A stretch of 64,000 bases of DNA, taken from contig JAUZTB010000070.1 of assembly GCA_034780895.1 (NCBI GenBank), forward strand, positions 16,915,397 to 16,979,396, in the 5' to 3' direction. The first letter of the stretch is position 1, and the number at the start of each line of letters is the position of its first letter. Position numbers and translations under genes: made by a program. The DNA comes from Rhynchobatus australiae. Taxonomy: Eukaryota. Below are positions 12,990-26,455 of this stretch, piece by piece. Under the pieces are notes generated by a model. That model did no database searches. It saw only the letters and a list, made by a program, of their open reading frames with translations, and was not told the origin of the DNA.

Positions 12990-13240
12990 GGAGAAAAAGG
13001 TGCATCATTGCATGAGCTCTTTTTCAGACCAGAGTTAAAACTGAAGCCCCATCTGCCCTTTTGAGTGGCCCTCCATGATTTCAAATATTGGAAAGAGGAA
13101 TTGTCCTGGCCAATATTTCATCCATAATCAAAAGTACTGAAAATAAACAGATCATCCATTTGTTATCATGTTGTTGTTGGTGGGACCTTGCTGTTTGCAA
13201 ATTGTTTGCCACATTTCCAACAGTGCTAAGTTTTAAAAGG
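12990..13240 (+). mobile_element. Deu-domain SINE, decayed
   Basis: gagttaaaactgaagccccatctgccc...tgtcctggccaatattt...ggtgggaccttgctgtttgcaaattg. Confidence 0.6.
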
Positions 13241-15719
13241 GCTGAACAGTATATTGGAATGATAGAGCTATATACATATGCAAGTTTTCCTTTCTTAAGT
13301 GTTGTACTCATGGTCAAATGTCCTGCATGGACTTTAAGCACAGGGAAAGAATGACCACTTGGGCAATAAGTTGGATAGTATCCTGACAGAAATGCCACTC
13401 AGGGTGGAGGGGAAAATAATTAATGGAAGCTTTATTAAAAAAGAACAAAAATGCAATTCAAAAACTCAAAATTTTCTCTATATGCATATTTCCCTTAGCA
13501 GTTTGTAATTGGTAGAAGGATTAGAGAGACAAGGAGAACTTTGTTTACCCAGAGCACAGTTGCAATCTGGAATGAAATTACGCTGAAAGGGTGCAAAAGG
13601 CAGAAAATATTTATTTTCTTTTTCTTTATCTAATGGAGCATAATCGATGGCCCAAATGGCCTACTTCTGCTTCCTTGTCTTGTGATCTTTTGATACTGGG
13701 TATATAGATGAAGTGCAGTNNNNNNNNNNNNNNNNNNNNNNNNNNNNNNNNNNNNNNNNNNNNNNNNNNNNNNNNNNNNNNNNNNNNNNNNNNNNNNNNN
13801 NNNNNNNNNNNNNNNNNNNAGCAGACTCGATGGCCCAAATGGCCTACTTCTGCTTCCTTGTCTTGTGATCTTGTGATACTGGGTATATAGCTGAAGTGCA
13901 GTCATCTGCAACACTGTGGACTAAGGACTGGAAAGTCTATTTAGGTTGAATAGCATTTTCACAGCTGGCACACACATGATGGGCTGAGTAGTCTCTTTCT
14001 ATGCTCTTTATTTATATTATTCTGTATCTTGTCAGGCAACCAGCCACAGAATTTTACTCTCCTGTTTCAGTCTCTGCTCTCATTTTCAAACCAGTGTGCA
14101 TCCAGTCCCTGTTGTGCTGTTTACACTCTCCAGAACACTCCAGTGATAACTTCTTTACACTTGCAATTAATGAACTTGGCTTTGGATGAATGGCATCTTC
14201 TAGTCCACTTGCCATATCACTACCCCATTACATGCACAAGCAGTTGTAGGCAGTGAATTCATGTCTGTAACTAAATATTTTGTATCAAGTTAAAAACAAA
14301 TCAAAATCCAAATACATTCAAGCTTCAGTTTGTTCATTCAGCCTAATAACAATCTGTCGCTGTGCAATTAGTTCAATCCAGTTACTAAGAAACAGAACCA
14401 AAAGGCCTTTATTCATGCAGATATTTGAGCCAATGGAGATACTTACTATCCAACTAATAAACAAACATTCTAAAATACATTTACATGTAGTTATTTGTGA
14501 TTGCAAGGTCGGCAGCAGCTGGCTACAAGCAAGTTTCTATACTGCAAACATGGAAACCAGACTACTCCTCACTTGGATCTAATTGTCATCATTCTATTCT
14601 GTTGTCAATTAGATACATCTTTCTCCTCTTTCATTCTCTGCCTTGGGGAAGAGTATCAATTCCTTGCAGAGTTATGATGTCACAAGCATAAAAAAAGTCT
14701 CTATTCTTCACCCTAGAACCAGGAAGCAAGTAGGTTATTGAACTGCATATAGCATTATCATTGAATCTAATCCTGCCCTTTATCTGTGAAAGATAATAGG
14801 GTAGTAGTTAAGATGAGAATTCTTTTCTAACTTGGGGCCACTGACAGCCAATTGCAAAGCAACAGATGAAATCAGACTGACTCGAGATTGAACCCTCTGA
14901 GTTTCACGGTCACCATGAGCAGTCAAACCACTTTACATCAAGTTTGACTACACTAAGTCCCTTTTATCTACTGACTTACTATCCACAGATCTGCATACTT
15001 GCAAGGTTGGCCATGTGTTCCTGGGAATATTGTTAAATATAGTATGTTCCTCCAGTGCCCTCTCCTGTGGTGTCTGGTGAATCCTATTTGCCATGTGATA
15101 GAAGTCTCGTGATGGCAAATGGTAAAATATCAATATCAATGTCAGTGTGGATCAGGTTTGGAGTCGGGAACACTGGGGTTCAGGAACATGGGTAGATGTG
15201 TGGCTAGAGTGCTTCTATGTTTCAGCTCGTTTTGACCAGCTAAAATTTACAGTTGTTTTCTTCATGGAAGGGTTGCCCATTGTACATCATTGCAGCCATA
15301 GTGGTATTTGTGGAAAGTCCGTTCCCTCTCCCTTACAAATAACAATGATTTAGTGTATTTAAACAATTTTAACATGAGCACAAACAAATTGATTACCAAT
15401 GTCATTTTATTCTGTTAAGTTAATTTAAAATACAATCAAAGCCAACATGGACAAACTACCTTGGAAAAACAAATCAAGAAGGGACTAACCACAACTGTAC
15501 TTCTAATAAACTAGTAAATATTCAATGGACTAAATGGCCCCTTTCTGTGCTCCTGTGATTGCAGAGGGAAACTAACTAGATCATGCAAGAGAAAAAAAAT
15601 ATACTTACTAGAAATCTAAGGGGTATCAGATATCAATTACATTGAACAAAGAAATTAATCAAGAATTAGCCACAAAGTCAAAGGTGATTCATTCACCATG
15701 AACTACAGGGGTTAACTGT

Positions 15720-16745
15720 CCTGCTTCAAGAGGAAAAGTTTTAACCCATGGGATAAAAGGGCAATGGCAGCATGAATACAAAGCTGGTAAAAGGGATTTA
15801 AAAGAAGACTTATGGTGAATGACTGTTCTTCCAGATTGGAATGAGGCATACAGTAATACTCCTCAGGATTCCTTACTAGCATTACTCTGGTTTCCCAAAT
15901 ATGTTAATGACTTGGGGACAATTTTGAAGTTTAAAACAAAATGAGCAAAATGGTATTAAAGTTCAAGAAGACACTAACAGACTGGTGAAATGGGTGGACA
16001 TATGGCAATAGAATATCGGCACTGTGTTAGATGATGCATTTTGGCAGGAAGAATGGGCAGACAATACAATTTTTAAGGGGGTGCAGAAGGAAAGAGACAT
16101 AGGGGATTTTTCCCAAAAAATTTGAAGGGAAAGGGAAGTGAATAAATCAAAGGATCTTGAGCTTTATAAATACAGGATACAAATACAAGGAAGCAACTTT
16201 AAACATGTAAAATATTAGTTCAGTCTTAGGTGGAGTNNNNNNNNNNNNNNNNNNNNNNNNNNNNNNNNNNNNNNNNNNNNNNNNNNNNNNNNNNNNNNNN
16301 NNNNNNNNNNNNNNNNNNNNNNNNNNNNNNNNNNNNTAGTTCAGTCTTAGGTGGAGTATTATTACCATTTCTGGGAAAACAAGAGAATCTGGAGTTGTCG
16401 TCTCTATAGCAGGGAAATCTAACAGAGATGTTTCAAATCATGAAGGATTCAGACAGTATAAACAAAGGGAAATCACTTTAAATGATTTAAGGGCTAAAAA
16501 AAGCAGCACAAATTTCTGCTTCTTGACAAAAGAACTATCGGTGACATGAGGAAAATCAGTGGAGTTAGATTCTGAATTCATTGCCGTAAGAAGATGATGG
16601 AAGAAGATGGTGGAAAAAGGTCAGTAGCAGCTTTAGATAAATAACTGGATAAAAAGTACAAAAGGAGTAGAGTGCAAGAAACTGGGATTTCTCTTTGAAG
16701 CTGTTCAAACAATTGGAGCAATGAACTTCTTCTAGACTTCAATGT
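15720..16745 (+). mobile_element. Old CR1 LINE fragment (RT region to 3' end)
   Basis: Degenerate HGIKG...RLMVNDCSS...PQDSLL...YVNDL and LVKWVDIWQ...MHFGRKN motifs. Interrupted by a 100-N gap. Confidence 0.7.
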
Positions 16746-17699
16746 TTTGTGAATGGCACAGGCAAAGCGACAGTAGCATTCAGCTTTGGAAATACTTGGT
16801 AAGTTAGGTAGGGTGTTGATAGTCTTCACTCCATACTAATTTTAAAAGTTCTCATGTCAATATAAGTTCAGTTTGAACGTAGCTCCAAAGTGAGTGTAAC
16901 AGAGAGCTGTATCTATACTCAGGGGTCCCATAAGCAGGGCCAGCATGAGAAGATAAAGTGAGCTAATTTTAAATTGCAATAAAAGTAGGAAACATTGGGA
17001 ATAAACATAATATCTAACAGAAAGTTTTGTGTTTCAAATACAGACATGCTATACAAAGTCCAAATTTCAGTATTAACATTTTAAAATAATAATTCTTGTA
17101 ATTGTCAAACCTGGCATTCAACAGCACCATAACTGGAGCCAGAAATCTTACTTCATCACATAATATAGTCTGACACTTCNNNNNNNNNNNNNNNNNNNNN
17201 NNNNNNNNNNNNNNNNNNNNNNNNNNNNNNNNNNNNNNNNNNNNNNNNNNNNNNNNNNNNNNNNNNNNNNNNNNNNNNNCAGCGCAACATGTGTGAAAGG
17301 ATTGCAATGTCAGGGAGATGTCCAGTGCCATGATGTTAAACTTTTGGTCAGGACTAGTGTGACTTGGCTACGAGTATCATGGTAATTACTGTATTACTTA
17401 GCCATTCAGGAAACAGAGGGGAACATTAATATTTGGGGCGAGTCATCTTATGAAATCTTAAAAGGTAATTTCAGAAAGTTCAACAATTTAAGGCACAGGT
17501 AAATCAAAAAGGTAAGGAAAGCAACATGAGCAGCAAGCACCTACCAACATACATACACGGTGATAAACTGAAGATGGGTGGTCAGAGAACAATTATTTTC
17601 AGAAAAAGAGTCCAAATGCTATCCACCAACTTATCTCCCATTCATATATCTGGATAGCATTAGAATCCCCAACTCTGGAAATTTCCAAATTTCTAATTG

Positions 17700-17880
17700 T
17701 CATTCCATATATGAGTATTTGGTCATGATCATATTTGCAGTTTGTGGGATCTTACTATGTGCAAATTGGCTGTCATATTTCCCGCTAAGCGACAGTGACG
17801 ATGCTTTGAAAGTACTTCACTAGCTTTGGGGCATGAAGGTTGAGAAAGGCACTAAGGTGCTAAATAAACACGTCTTGTTT
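17700..17880 (+). mobile_element. 3' half of Deu-domain SINE with L2-type tail
   Basis: gcagtttgtgggatcttactatgtgcaaattggctg...cagtgacgatgctttgaaagtacttca. Confidence 0.55.
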
Positions 17881-18435
17881 TTTTGCCAGTCCAGAAGAGA
17901 CTTGCATTCCACAGAACAATGAACAACAAATAGCAAAAACTGAATCCTTTCAGTGACTTCTGAGCAATTGAATATTTGTTTCCTCCTGTCAAGAGCTATT
18001 TTTTCTTCTTCACATCAATTATTCAAGTGCTGCAGAGGTTAGCAACACGTGTGCCTATATACACAAGCAAAATAAAAAAAACACTCCTGCACTTTTTATA
18101 AACAAATTCACAGCGTAAATAAAATCATAAATCACATTTTGTCCCAATGCTGTATACTTCCCACACATACACCCAGATATCAAATTTTTTTAAAACTAAC
18201 AAAAAAAAGACTGCATGCAAACAAAGCTTCTTAGGTCATTTGGAGATCCTGTCATGTCATTGTAAATTGAGTTTTAAACACTATCAGCTAATTCTCGCCA
18301 ATTTCTTGCCGATTTGCAGCAGTTCCAGGCTCCTTCAGGACCCTCCCCAAAATGGCCATTCAAATCCAAGTCCAGCAATCAAGCTATTTCAAAAAAAAAT
18401 CACTGCAGATACCATTGTCCAACATCCTGCTGTCA

Positions 18436-18822
18436 GGGCAAGGGAAATACAGTAGTGCAGCTAGTAGAGCTTCAGCCTCACTGCTCCAGGGACCCAGATT
18501 CAATCCTGATCTCCAGTGTTGTCCACGTGAAGTTTGAACATCTTACTGTGACCATGTGGGTTTCCTTAGGGTGCTCTGGCTTCCTCCCACCTCCCAAAGA
18601 CATGCATTTTGATAGGTTAATTAGCGACTGTATATTGCCCCACGTGACTAGATAAGTGGTAGTATGACGTGGGGGGAGGGGGTGAGAGAGAGAAGAGTCG
18701 AGGGAATGTGGGAAGAATATAAAGTCATTAGTATGGGGTTGATACAAATGGGTGCTTGGTGATTGGCACAGACTTGGTAAACCAAAGAGTACATTTCCGT
18801 TCTCTATCAATGACTCTATTCT
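18436..18822 (+). mobile_element. tRNA-derived V-SINE (HE1-like), near full length
   Basis: A-box-like tagtgcagctagt and B-box-like gattcaatcc, V-domain gtgggtttccttagggtgctctggcttcctcccacctcccaaagac, and a CR1-like 3' tail. Confidence 0.8.
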
Positions 18823-20729
18823 GCTTGCTCACTTCTAAGCAGGGGTCAATAATCAAGGGAGGAACCTTTGTTGACCTTCACCCTCCCTAGACTAGGCACC
18901 CCATCCAATCCAGCTAAAATGAGACAACTAAAACGTCAAGTCCCTGGTCTGAAAGTTCAACAACAGTGTCTTCATCAAATGATTCAAAATGTTCTCACAC
19001 TTAAAGTCAACACCAAAAGCAGCGATATGACAGCCATTTTAATGTAATCCATTCCACTGCTTGTGTGATTGACAGAAACAAAAATATGCATATTCTCAGC
19101 ATTATTTCTCCAAAAACCCTGCCATTTCAAGACTATAAAAGTTCTCACATGTCTACATACCAGAGCCTATCAGCACATCCACATGCCAAAACAAAGGATT
19201 CATTCTCTTGACCTACCACAAACTTTTTTAAATTAAAAATACTGCATGTCACTGTGTATATGTTAAACAATTCTAAGGAAGGATGAAGAAACTCTTTCCA
19301 ATAGAATTATTCCATTGGGGGTCATTAAATCACAAAAGGCTCAAATCAAGCAAGAATTGGAAGCCAGGAAGGCACATAAGAATAGGAAAAGAAAATCCCA
19401 CAGCCACACTTCTCCAAATCACAATGTCACGTGAAATTATGCAATCTAACAGTTGCTTAAATAGGGAACTAGATTTATCAAAAGTACTTCATAATACTAA
19501 AAAAGAAAGTGAGTCATCTCATTGATATAGTATTTCTCCGAAATTGGTTTCCTAAAACAAAAACAGGATCAGTCAATACAAGATGGTCACCAATAAAACT
19601 TTCCAACGCATTAAATAGAACATGGAACTCATTACCACAAGTAATTAAGGTGCATTTCTGGATACCCCAAGGGAACATCAGATAAGCACACATGGAAGAA
19701 AGAAATAGGAGAACATATTTTGCAAACACTTTGTAAAACAACCATTTACAAACATTCCCTCCTCCGCATTTCAGATACAGAAGCAATCTTTCTTTAAATC
19801 TGTAATTGTTCTTTGTGTGTGAATAAGACTAATAAATTATTTAATTTCCTATTATCAACAGATTCACTCAGAGCATTAAGAATCCATCAAGTCACGCAGG
19901 ACTGAAGAAGTCACAAGTAGGTAGAAACAAATGAAATTTTATTACAATCTGACAGCCCACAAATAAATAGATTCATTCAATTCAGTATTCATAATTTGTC
20001 ATGCTGACATCTAAGTTATTGATTCAATGCCTGTCAACCACAGGTCATGCTGCACATCTGTTCAGGAATCCTCTGAACAAAAGCCCTGAGTACAATCCCT
20101 ACTTAAGGCAATGGAGAGAAGTTTGCTTTAGTTGGATGAAGCAGAAGAAGATGGGGAAGGGTGGGCTGCTGAAAGAAAATAAATGTTTGGCTGAAAAAGA
20201 ACTGAAAAAAATGTTTCCGGGTTGCTCCAGACCATCCAATTTAAAGTACAGCTGCACCTGCAACTGTTCAGAATTCATATTATTTTATTTCATAATGACT
20301 AAGAGTATGTAGCAATATAGAGAATTTAGAGAAAAAGGAAGTTATTGACTCTAAAATTTTAACATTACAGATCTCAAATAATTTAGCCATTGTCCAGCCA
20401 ATCCACTGCTGCTGCCCTCACATTCCCTGCTTCCCCCCTTCCCCACCACCACCTCAAACCTTTGAATTCTCAATGGGATCAAGTTCCTCAAATACTGATA
20501 TCCCCTTAATATCTAATGGAAATGCCTGGTATTTTGTGAATTCAGACAGATGACTTCTGTATTTATTTATACACACCATGAGGATTGTGGAGCTAGAGAA
20601 GGGCTAATGGAACTTAAAAAAAAAGTACCCAGTAATGTTTTTCCCCACCCATGTACCCCAATGAGATCACAACTAACCNNNNNNNNNNNNNNNNNNNNNN
20701 NNNNNNNNNNNNNNNNNNNNNNNNNNNNN

Positions 20730-20798
20730 TTTATGGAGGTCAGTTCATAAGTATGGGCATTTGTAAGTTGGGCGTTCATAACTTGGGGACTTCCTGTA
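20730..20798. mobile_element. Tigger-like DNA transposon right terminal inverted repeat (rest lost in gap)
   Basis: ttcataagt...ttgtaagttgggcgttcataacttggggacttcctg followed by TA. Confidence 0.55.
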
Positions 20799-21063
20799 CA
20801 TTACAAACATGACAAACATCAGTTAACATGCACTTAAATTAACATAAATTGTACATAACTTACATGACAAAATAAACATTATTATACCAGTGCATGTTGA
20901 CAGAGAGAAGATGAAATATAGACTGATTTAGTGTTAGGGTTTTTCAGGTTGGTTCAAGAACCTGATGACAATGGGGAAGAAACTGTTGTTGAACCCTGAG
21001 GTGTGGGTCTTCAGGCTCCTGTACCTCCTGCCTGATGGCAGCATTGAGAAGAGGGCATAGCCA
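20799..21063 (-). mobile_element. Rex1/Babar LINE 3' end
   Basis: Minus strand translates GYALFSMLPSGRRYRSLKTHTSGFNNSFFP, the typical Rex1 RT C-terminus. Confidence 0.8.
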
Positions 21064-22984
21064 ATAAAGATCTTTCAATCTCATATTTAAAAGTTGCAGA
21101 TTAAAATTTGCAGTTGAATCTCTTTGTTGAAGAAGAAAAAAACCTCCAAGTTTCTTATCCAGGAGTTTCCCAACTTAATTCCTGAAAAGCATGGCTCTAA
21201 ATTTTAGACTATGCACCCAAGTCCTAGACTTCCCTAACCTATCTACATCTCTATCTATACTTCTGTCCTCTTAGCATTTACAAATGATCAAATTCCAAAG
21301 GGAATAAAGTCCTANNNNNNNNNNGTAATCTCAATTTATAATTTAACTTTTATAGTACAATACCACTCTGATAAAGCTAAACCTCACTTCCTCAAAAGGC
21401 AATTTATCCTGCCTAAAAGAAGTGTATGCCTGGAAATTCAACTTTGAGATATCCTTTGATGAGTTGTTTTGAATTAATCCAAATGACCTGGACTAATTTG
21501 ACCTGGCATTTCTGGCCACTAGTCACCCATATCCCCAATGGAATTACCATGTTGATCAGACCACCTTCAAGGACAAAACCGGTCTTTCCAGTGCACTACC
21601 AGACTGGGATCTTGTCAAGTAAATTATGCACATCAATAACTTATCTCCTCCCACACCCAAGCAATACATGACGAGGGCACCAATACCCTCATCATCTGTG
21701 CCTCCTTGTAACACCCCAAAGTCCCAATATCCATTATCACAAATGTACAGCTTGTCAGTTGCCTTTGAGTTAAAATTTGATTTGAATTGTTGGCACCACA
21801 TTGCTAGTACCACCCAGACATAGCCTTTTGGGTGCACCAGAATTTCCAGGTTAATCTACCTAGACCAAGCAACAAAGTCCCATCAACATTCGAAGCAGTT
21901 ATATCGTCAGCACAACCAAACATGTTCTGATCATCTTAATAGACTCTTATTTGCCAGAAACAAGAATATTTTCCCCCCCACCAGTTCTCAATGCAAACCA
22001 CATATTTGCCTTAAGTACTCATTCACATCCTTCTGCTGTTATTCATTTAATTAAGATCAGAGAGCTGTGTAGAATTTGGTTTTAGTGGATTTTTGGTCAT
22101 CATGATAACAATTAGATAAAAATCAAAAAAATTGCAAGAACTATGATGAATATTGCCAAATTACAAAATTGCAAAATAAGCAGCCATTGTGTGAAAAAAG
22201 AGAAAATATGATTTTATGATCATAAATAGATTGGTCATGAGTTGTCATTTTTCTGTCAAATCAGAACAAAGCAACAAAGGGAAAATTATGAAATAATCCA
22301 CATAAGAGAAATCACATTAGGTCCATCTGCAATGGAATTTACAGTCTGCTTAGAGTCCTGTGACTGCAAAGTTCAAGAATTCATCAAAGGTCACATCACA
22401 CCCATTATCATTTCACTTAGGGAGAAAAAAGTCAAGAGGTCACCTGCAGGAGACCACATGGATAGGACTGAAGAAACAGGAAGAGGACACAAACCCAGAT
22501 AGACCAAAAAACAATTTTTCATGGATTTGGAATTGCAAGAATTACTAGATAACTTAAAAACAATGACCCCCCCCCAAAAAAAAAGTGCAACTCTCACCCA
22601 ATATNNNNNNNNNNNNNNNNNNNNNNNNNNNNNNNNNNNNNNNNNNNNNNNNNNNNNNNNNNNNNNNNNNNNNNNNNNNNNNNNNNNNNNNNNNNNNNNN
22701 NNNNNNNNNNNNNNNNNNNNNNNNNNNNNNNNNNNNNNNNNNNNNNNNNNNNNNNNNNNNNNNNNNNNNNNNNNNNNNNNNNNNNNNNNNNNNNNNNNNN
22801 NNNNNNNNNNNNNNNNNNNNNNNNNNNNNNNNNNNNNNNNNNNTGAAGTATTTCGGATGCATAGCAGCTGTTGCAATATAGAAAATAAGTTTGGACAAAA
22901 CAACAAGTGCCACCCCCCCCCACCCCCCCACAACCCAAACAGCAAATTGATAAAGACTAGATAGTAAGTTTAGGTAACACAGAC

Positions 22985-23200
22985 TAGAGGACAAATATTG
23001 GCCAGTACATCAGGGATAATAATCCTTGCTCTTCTTCAAAATGGTGCTAAAGGATATTCTAAACTCACTTGAGGTGACACATGGGATCCTGGATTAATAT
23101 CTCATTTGAAAGATTCAACTGCCCACAGTACTAGAACATCACATGAATTTTTGTGCTCAAGCACCCAGAACGGAACTCAAAAAGTAAGAAGACTGGTATC
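22985..23200 (-). mobile_element. Deu-domain SINE, decayed
   Basis: aaatattggccagtacatcagggataataatccttgctcttcttcaaaatggtgc...atctcatttgaaaga...ttttgtgctcaag. Confidence 0.65.
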
Positions 23201-24181
23201 AGATATTGATAGTCTGACTGATCACAGTCTGACTGATATCAGAGTCACAGGCGACATTAAAATAATAGGTTAGTGACAGTAAGATAATAAAGATATAGGG
23301 ATAGGGAAGGAAAATGAAGTTAGTGTATAGATTCAGCCATAACTTTATTAAAGGGTGAAACAGGCTCAAGGGATGCTATAGACTATTCATGCTCAGATTT
23401 CTCATGTTCCATACTTGACTCATGCATCTGCTTCCAATGATACACAAAAACCAGTCTTTGAAAACTGCCTTTGTACCAGTGAATTAATCTCTCATGAAAA
23501 TTGACTAAATCAGTCAGTCCACACAAACCAAAATAAGCACTACTAAAATCAGGTTGGCAAATAAATCTATAACTCTTCATCTAGTTAATAAAGGTATGCA
23601 TTAAACAAGCAAAAGAACATGTGCAATAAAACCAGAGGAGCTAAGACCATTTCACATCCTCAGGCATGGTAGCTGAAGATGTAGCTGGCACCCTCTTCAC
23701 ATGTACTAGCACCCATCCTTGTGGGTGAAGGAAGGGCAGAAAACCTGGTAGGGATTGCTGGTCAAGGCTATGGCCAATCAGTTCTCTTATGGCTCATGAG
23801 TGAAAGTGATCCTGATAATGTATGTACTGCTATGTTTAATGAACTACCAATCAAAGAACATTTATGTTCGACTAACATTCAGTTCTATTTAACAAAGTGA
23901 ACCAAGAGCATCAGCCTAAAATATTTGGTCATTTCTGGAGTTAAACCTGAACCCTTCTTCATCATCTTAGATAGTCCTTCTACTTGCTTCCAGTCCTGTT
24001 CTGAGAAGTGGAAGATGCCAGTGTATGAATTCTTTTAATATGGGATTGCTGTTGCTGACTGAGCAATGTCTTGATCCAATGGCAAGGAGGCCCAAGGCAA
24101 TTAAAACCATCACTTAATAATATACATACATACTATGTACATGTGGATACTCAAAAAATTATGTAATACCTGCTCAAATCC

Positions 24182-24229
<48 letters not shown>

Positions 24230-26009
24230 NNNNNNNNNNNNNNNNNNCCCACCCCTGTCAAGCTCAGCATCACCCTTCCCTCAGTCCCCTTCAACCCATT
24301 CTACCTTAGCACTTTCTTTCACGGCTCTTTCTCAGATCCCCCTATCTGCTCCTCACCATGGCCTCTCTTCCCTCTCCAGCTACTGCCTGCTCATTCCCTC
24401 CGAGAACAAAGCCGCTCAATGATTGCTGCAACTAACCTTCTTCAAAGTTGCTCACCGAAAGCTAATTACTTTCCCTCCAGGCCCCAATCATAGCAGCCAT
24501 GCCCAGATACCCAAGATCTCTCACAGAAAACCTTTGGAGAATCACCTTCTGGTCCTGCCCAATACCAGCTGTTTACACTTTCTTGCTGCTCTGCAAGTTC
24601 TGCCAGGCAACCTCCTGGCAGATGGAGGCAGAGTCACCACGTGAGAGTGGGAGGATCCCACTCTGCTGCTGTCTTTACTCAACATATACAGTGCCCTCAG
24701 ACTCTGCACCTGTCTTCTATGTTCCTTCTAAATTCCTGTTAAGTCTGTATGAAAGAGCTAGTATCAGAAACCTACAATACAAAATGAATGCGACATTCTG
24801 GTATGTATAGAAGAAAGTGCTTTATTTGTCATGAGTTATAAGTACAGCAGTTAGCAGAAAGCAGAATCCTACTCTGCTCATCAGATTTGGCCCTACTGAA
24901 TGAACGAGACAAGAGTTCTACAACCTAAGCCACATGTGAATTAATTCAAAACTCAAAGAAATGCAAGATTTCAGTGCAATGATACAAAATTTGAGAATAT
25001 CAGGCATTTGGAGAAAACCTTGGAATCCAAAAAGTAGAGATAAAGCTTGATCTGTGTTTTATTTTCCAATTAGATTCAATTAACCTTCATCTAAGGTCAC
25101 TCAGTTTGGATAAATATTGCCTTTTATTACATAAAGTACACAACATAAAAAAAAACAGCAGTTGAAATTAATTACCTTTCTGCTGACACTTCATTTCAAC
25201 CAATGCTGGTGTCCTTATTTAGCCATCAAGGGACAACTGTGCCAGGAAAGACATTCCGACAAACCCACAATACTAAAAGCAGACAGATTAAGTCAGTAAG
25301 ATGAAAATCTAAACATAAATCAGATTTGTCTGGATTCCCACAGGCATATAACCTAGTCACGAAGGTTGAACCTGGCTGGTTCATGAGTTACATGTTGGCC
25401 ATCCTTGCACTAAGTACAGCATATATCTGCAGGCACCAATATGCAAAATTTAAGAAAATCATCAATGAACTTTATTTTGCTTCAAATCACAGAACCATAA
25501 TGGCGCAGGATGGCAATCAACCTACTGAGTCTGCATTAGCCATTCTCCAGTTCTAGAAAAATATTTGTGTAAAGTGACTACCAACCTAAATATTCCATCT
25601 TATTTTATGGAACATGGCAGAGGAGAAGAAAGCACTCAGCTTACATTTTGGGATTCACTTCCTTCACTGACCATTGTTCTTTTTGAATGTTTAATTTAGA
25701 TACCAGTGTATCTATTCCAAATGCTTTCAGAGGAGAGGGAAACAAAATAAATACACATGCTCACTTTCTAGTTGTACAGATACCCACAGAAGGGGGAAAA
25801 AGTCTTCAGAATACTTTCTTCCCATTTAAAAAGAGACAATTGCAACATGATCAGAGCTCAGAACACTGTATAGTCAAAGCATGAAGCTGGACAACATCAG
25901 TCAAGCTAAGTTACACACAATAGAACCATGTAAGTAGCCCCAAATTACTAATTTTTGCCAGGTAGTGTTTGGCTTCAATTTTAGTGGATTGATTATTAAG
26001 AAAACAACA

Positions 26010-26455
26010 ATGAACCCAACACTTAATGGGTCTAAACTGAGATTGTGCTCATCTTTAGAGCGCAGAAGATTAAGGTTAGACTTAATACTGGTATTCAAAA
26101 TTAGACAGACTTTTGAAGTTGCAAATTAGGAGGGACCTTTCCAAAAGCAGGAAGGTCCAAAAGGATACAAATTTAAGTGGCAAAAGAAACAGAGGGGAGA
26201 GAAGAAAGATTTAAGTGAGAGGGCAAGCGAGAAGCAAGATTTTTATTAAATTGCCGGGATTTATCATGATGTGAGATATATAAAAGGGCATTTGGAAGCA
26301 GATTTAATAGTAATTTTCTAAAATGGAATTGAAAGCCGAACTAAGTGGGAAAAAATTACAGCATGGGAAAAGGAACAGAGGAGTGAGAATAGTTTCTTTT
26401 AAGAACTAACCCAAGCAAAATGGGCCAAATTGCCTCCAGAACTATATCATTCTAA
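26010..26455 (+). mobile_element. Old CR1 LINE 3' end
   Basis: tttagagcgcagaagattaaggttagacttaatactggtattcaaaatt (LERRRLRLDLILVFKI) through tail tgggccaaattgcctcc...tatcattcta. Confidence 0.65.

Noticed and set aside
13637-13902. 83-bp direct duplication (4 mismatches) on either side of a 100-N gap
   Set aside because: Typical overlapping contig ends. The same pattern occurs at other 100-N gaps (16237, 46152, 52451, 59520, 61808), so it is an assembly artefact.
18436-18520. tRNA gene (A and B boxes)
   Set aside because: It is the degenerate head of a V-SINE and runs into the SINE body, with no proper cloverleaf.
24184-24229. 46-nt poly-G run (G-quadruplex or poly-Gly ORF)
   Set aside because: Directly abuts an N gap. 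Most likely a sequencing or assembly artefact.
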